The position numbers were made by a program, and so were the translations under genes. Shown here one piece after another: positions 61,295 through 64,000 of a DNA stretch of 64,000 nt. This stretch comes from an uncultured Gemmatimonadales bacterium (lineage in GTDB: Bacteria > Gemmatimonadota > Gemmatimonadetes > Gemmatimonadales > GWC2-71-9): positions 352,001-416,000 of the forward strand of contig CAVVKJ010000010.1 in the NCBI GenBank assembly GCA_963748815.1. Reading direction: 5' to 3'. The notes under the pieces were generated by a model that saw only the letters and a program-made list of their open reading frames with translations, was not told where the DNA came from and made no database searches. How positions within the stretch are numbered: position 1 is the first letter of the stretch; the number at the start of each line of letters is the position of its first letter.

Positions 61295-61786
61295 CTACTG
61301 GTCGGCGGCGATCCGCCTCAGCTCGTAGTACGGTCGCGGCTCGCCGGCCGTGCGGGCCGGAAATACCGCCCGCCAGGTGTCGTCCGACAGGCGGACGTAC
61401 AGCGTCCCGCGTGCCGAGCCGAATTGAATGGAGTCCTCCGAGAAGCGGCTCACCATCCGGGGATTCCCGCGCGCGCCAACGGCGCGCAGCGTCCCCCCTC
61501 GCCATTCGAAGCTGGTCGAGTCAATGAACCGGACGAAGGTGGAGTCGGCCGCGGTGCGCATTTGGATGGTCGAATCGTTCGTGGACCGGTACTCCTCATA
61601 AAAGGTGCCGACGGCGGCAAGCCGGCCCACACCGACCCCGCGCCAGCGTCCCACGATCCAGTGGAACTGCGCAAATTGCTTTCTTGACACCGCGGCCGGC
61701 GTCGGTGCGTCGGTGGCAGGGGACTGGGCGGGGAGCACGCTTACCACGCCGCACGCCAGGAGGGGGATGAAGCGGATTGCTCGCAT
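61295..61786 (-). CDS. Hypothetical exported protein (DUF6265-like)
   Basis: Signal peptide; F.W.VGRWRG, FYE.Y motif. Confidence 0.65.
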   Translation of the reverse strand: MRAIRFIPLLACGVVSVLPAQSPATDAPTPAAVSRKQFAQFHWIVGRWRGVGVGRLAAVGTFYEEYRSTNDSTIQMRTAADSTFVRFIDSTSFEWRGGTLRAVGARGNPRMVSRFSEDSIQFGSARGTLYVRLSDDTWRAVFPARTAGEPRPYYELRRIAADQ

Positions 61787-61989
61787 ATAGGTCCGTCACA
61801 GAGGAGGGTGCCACGGCGGCCCCGATTGGGCCGCGGTGCACTACGAACGACAGGCGCGTGGAGTTGAGGGCGGAATGTGTGCAAACGGTAAGATCGTCGA
61901 ATCCCCGCCGCGCACCTTGTGCGACCTGTGTGATCCCAGCATCATCACTCGTCCTCTTCCCCGCCAGGTTCACCCAGGGAGCCAGCCCG

Positions 61990-62679
61990 GTGGAACGAAT
62001 CCTCATCATCGAAGACAACGAGAGCATCGCGGCGACCGTGCAGGAGCACCTCGGTGCCGAAGGCTATCACGCCGAGGTGGCGTCGAGTGCTTCTGAAGGA
62101 CTGGCACGTGCCCGGGCCGCTCCCCCCGCGGTCATCATCCTGGACCTGATGCTGCCCGACGAGCCGGGGGAAACGGTGCTTCGAACGTTGCGGGCGGAGG
62201 GGTGTCCCTCCGCCGTGCTCATCCTCTCGGCGAAGAGTGACGAGATGTCGAAGGTCTTCGGATTCCGGGTCGGGGCGGACGATTACCTCACCAAGCCGTT
62301 CGGGCTGCTGGAGCTCCTGGCGCGGGTGGACAACCTGGTGCGCCGTTCCCGGGCGGGCGGACTGCAGCAGGATGTCGTCCGGTTCGGCACCGCCGAGGTG
62401 TTCCCCTCGGCCCGTCGGGTTACCCTGGGGGGCGTCGAGCTCGACCTCCGGCCGAAGGAATACGATTTGCTGCTGGCGTTGCTGAGCCGCCCGGGACGGG
62501 TCTGGTCCCGCCGGGAACTGCTCGACACGGTATGGGGCTACGACCCTACCATCGAGTCTCGCACGGTGGACTGGCACATGGCGGAGCTCCGCCGCAAGGT
62601 CGAACCGGATCCGGGCCAGCCGCGTTTCCTCCAGACGGTCCGCAAGGTGGGCTATCGGTTCGAGTATGGTACCGGGTAA
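61990..62679 (+). CDS. OmpR/PhoB family response regulator
   Basis: ILIIEDN, LDLMLP, LSAK, GADDYLTKPF, wHTH KEYDLL, SR..LL..VWG, RTVD.H, TVRKVGYRF. Confidence 0.95.
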   Translation: MERILIIEDNESIAATVQEHLGAEGYHAEVASSASEGLARARAAPPAVIILDLMLPDEPGETVLRTLRAEGCPSAVLILSAKSDEMSKVFGFRVGADDYLTKPFGLLELLARVDNLVRRSRAGGLQQDVVRFGTAEVFPSARRVTLGGVELDLRPKEYDLLLALLSRPGRVWSRRELLDTVWGYDPTIESRTVDWHMAELRRKVEPDPGQPRFLQTVRKVGYRFEYGTG

Positions 62680-64000
62680 CACCGTTTCGGGGCCTCTGCG
62701 CTCACTCCGCAACCGATTCCGGCTGCTGGAGGTCGGCCTCTTCCTACCCGTCCTCGTCACCGGTATTCTCGGCGTGGCGTACTTCAAGGCGCTCGGGTCG
62801 CGGCAGCGGGCAGTCGAGGCCGCCGGCCAACAGATCGCCCAGCGGGTTGGAGACCGGGCGCGGGCACTGGCCTCCGCGCGCGGGGATCAGGCGGCGCAGT
62901 CGATCCTCGAGCCGGTGAGCCGGGTGCGTCCCTTCGACGCCGACCGGGCCTTTGCGGCGATGCAGGCGGCGACCGATTCCCTCCGGGCCTGCGGCTGTGG
63001 ACCGCTGAAAGAGGGCGCCTATTTCTTTGTCTGGGTGCCAACGACCGGCGAGTATCTGGCCTCGCATGAGGGCGCCCGGGTGGACGGGGCCAGGAAGCGG
63101 GTTCCCGCCGTGTTGCCGCCGGGCAGCGACGAGAAGTTCGGCATCTGGGCGATGGGCGGCGGGATTGCCGGGCAACCCTGGCTGATCCACTACGCAGTGG
63201 TCCGTGGTGTGGGCGGAACGCCAACCGTGGTCGGGTTCGACATCGGGATGGCCTCGCTCTGGTCGGGTACCATCGTCCCGGCGGTCGAGCGCGCCCGGCA
63301 TGACATCTTCCCGATGCTGGGTGATCCCGACACGGCATTCGCCGCGGCATTCGTCGTCAACGACCGGGAGCTCGAGCGAACCGGCCCCGCCTATCCCGGC
63401 CCCAGCGCGCGGACCAGCCTCCTCGGGAACGACTATTTCTCGCTCGACGTCACCCTCAATCCCGCCATCCTGCCGGTGCTGCTGTCCGCCGCCACGCCGC
63501 CAAGCTATCCGCTGCTGCTCGGCGCGCTGGGCGCCTCGTTCCTCGCTTCCATCATGGCGCTCCTGCTCCTGCGCCAGCTTCGACGCACCGTTGCGCGGCG
63601 CGAGGCGTTCGTGGCGAGCATCTCGCATGAGCTCCGCACTCCGCTGACAGCCGTGCTCCTCCACGCGGAGACCCTGACGCTCGACCGCCAGACACCGGAG
63701 GCGAAGGGACGGGCGGCGGGAGCCATCGTCCGTGAAACCCGCCGACTGATTGGCCTGGTGGAGAATTCCCTGACCATCGCGGGCGCCGGCCGCGCGGCCG
63801 ACCCGGCGCATCCGCCAGCCGCCATTTTCCTGGCGCCGGTACTGCGCGAGGCGCTCGCGTCGCTCGAGCCGGCGGTGGCGGAACGTCGCGCCACCCTGGT
63901 CGTCGCGCTCGACGAGACGGCGGTCGCCCTGATCGATCCGGTGTCACTCGACCGCATTGCGATCAATCTGGTGGAGAATGCACTGCGATACGGCCCGGCG
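62666..64000 (+). CDS. Membrane sensor histidine kinase (runs off the window end; absent from the ORF track)
   Basis: ATG 62666 frame: TM1, periplasmic region, TM2, H-box FVASISHELRTPL, N-box INLVENALRYG. Confidence 0.9.
   Translation, partial: MVPGNTVSGPLRSLRNRFRLLEVGLFLPVLVTGILGVAYFKALGSRQRAVEAAGQQIAQRVGDRARALASARGDQAAQSILEPVSRVRPFDADRAFAAMQAATDSLRACGCGPLKEGAYFFVWVPTTGEYLASHEGARVDGARKRVPAVLPPGSDEKFGIWAMGGGIAGQPWLIHYAVVRGVGGTPTVVGFDIGMASLWSGTIVPAVERARHDIFPMLGDPDTAFAAAFVVNDRELERTGPAYPGPSARTSLLGNDYFSLDVTLNPAILPVLLSAATPPSYPLLLGALGASFLASIMALLLLRQLRRTVARREAFVASISHELRTPLTAVLLHAETLTLDRQTPEAKGRAAGAIVRETRRLIGLVENSLTIAGAGRAADPAHPPAAIFLAPVLREALASLEPAVAERRATLVVALDETAVALIDPVSLDRIAINLVENALRYGPA

Overview
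High-GC Gram-negative bacterial chromosome segment. Gene content and protein styles suggest Gemmatimonadota, which is an inference. Positions 1-28.3 kb are almost all + strand core genes: lipid A genes (gnnA-like, lpxB, DUF374, lpxK), gdh, rlmH, methyltransferase-bshC, murJ, uvrC, thrC-like, larC, der-plsY-gpsA-merR-surE-pcm-dedA-acyP-apt, tRNA-Gly(CCC) and tRNA-Arg(CCT). Positions 28.5-53.4 kb are almost all - strand: kdsB-pyrG-kdsA-kdsC-kdsD-lptC-lptA-like-lptB-rpoN-glycosylation genes-dapF, a TPR/Ser-Thr kinase pair, serB-aminotransferase-serA, MATE and tRNA-Arg(TCT). The two blocks converge on an AT-rich spacer holding a clear XerCD dif-like site (28363-28390). KOPS octamer polarity flips there, so this is very likely the replication terminus, and two DnaA-box-like 9-mers sit right beside dif. 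The right end is accessory-like and holds the best novelty candidate: a CHASE2-like extracytoplasmic sensor with membrane helices and a cytoplasmic TIR domain (a Toll-like-receptor-like layout), directly followed by a caspase-like protease resembling type IV Thoeris effectors. Both outer ends of that pair look damaged. Many single-base frameshifts in conserved genes (five in pyrG) point to assembly indel errors, so all frameshift-based conclusions are provisional. All family calls come from motif recognition by eye, not database searches.
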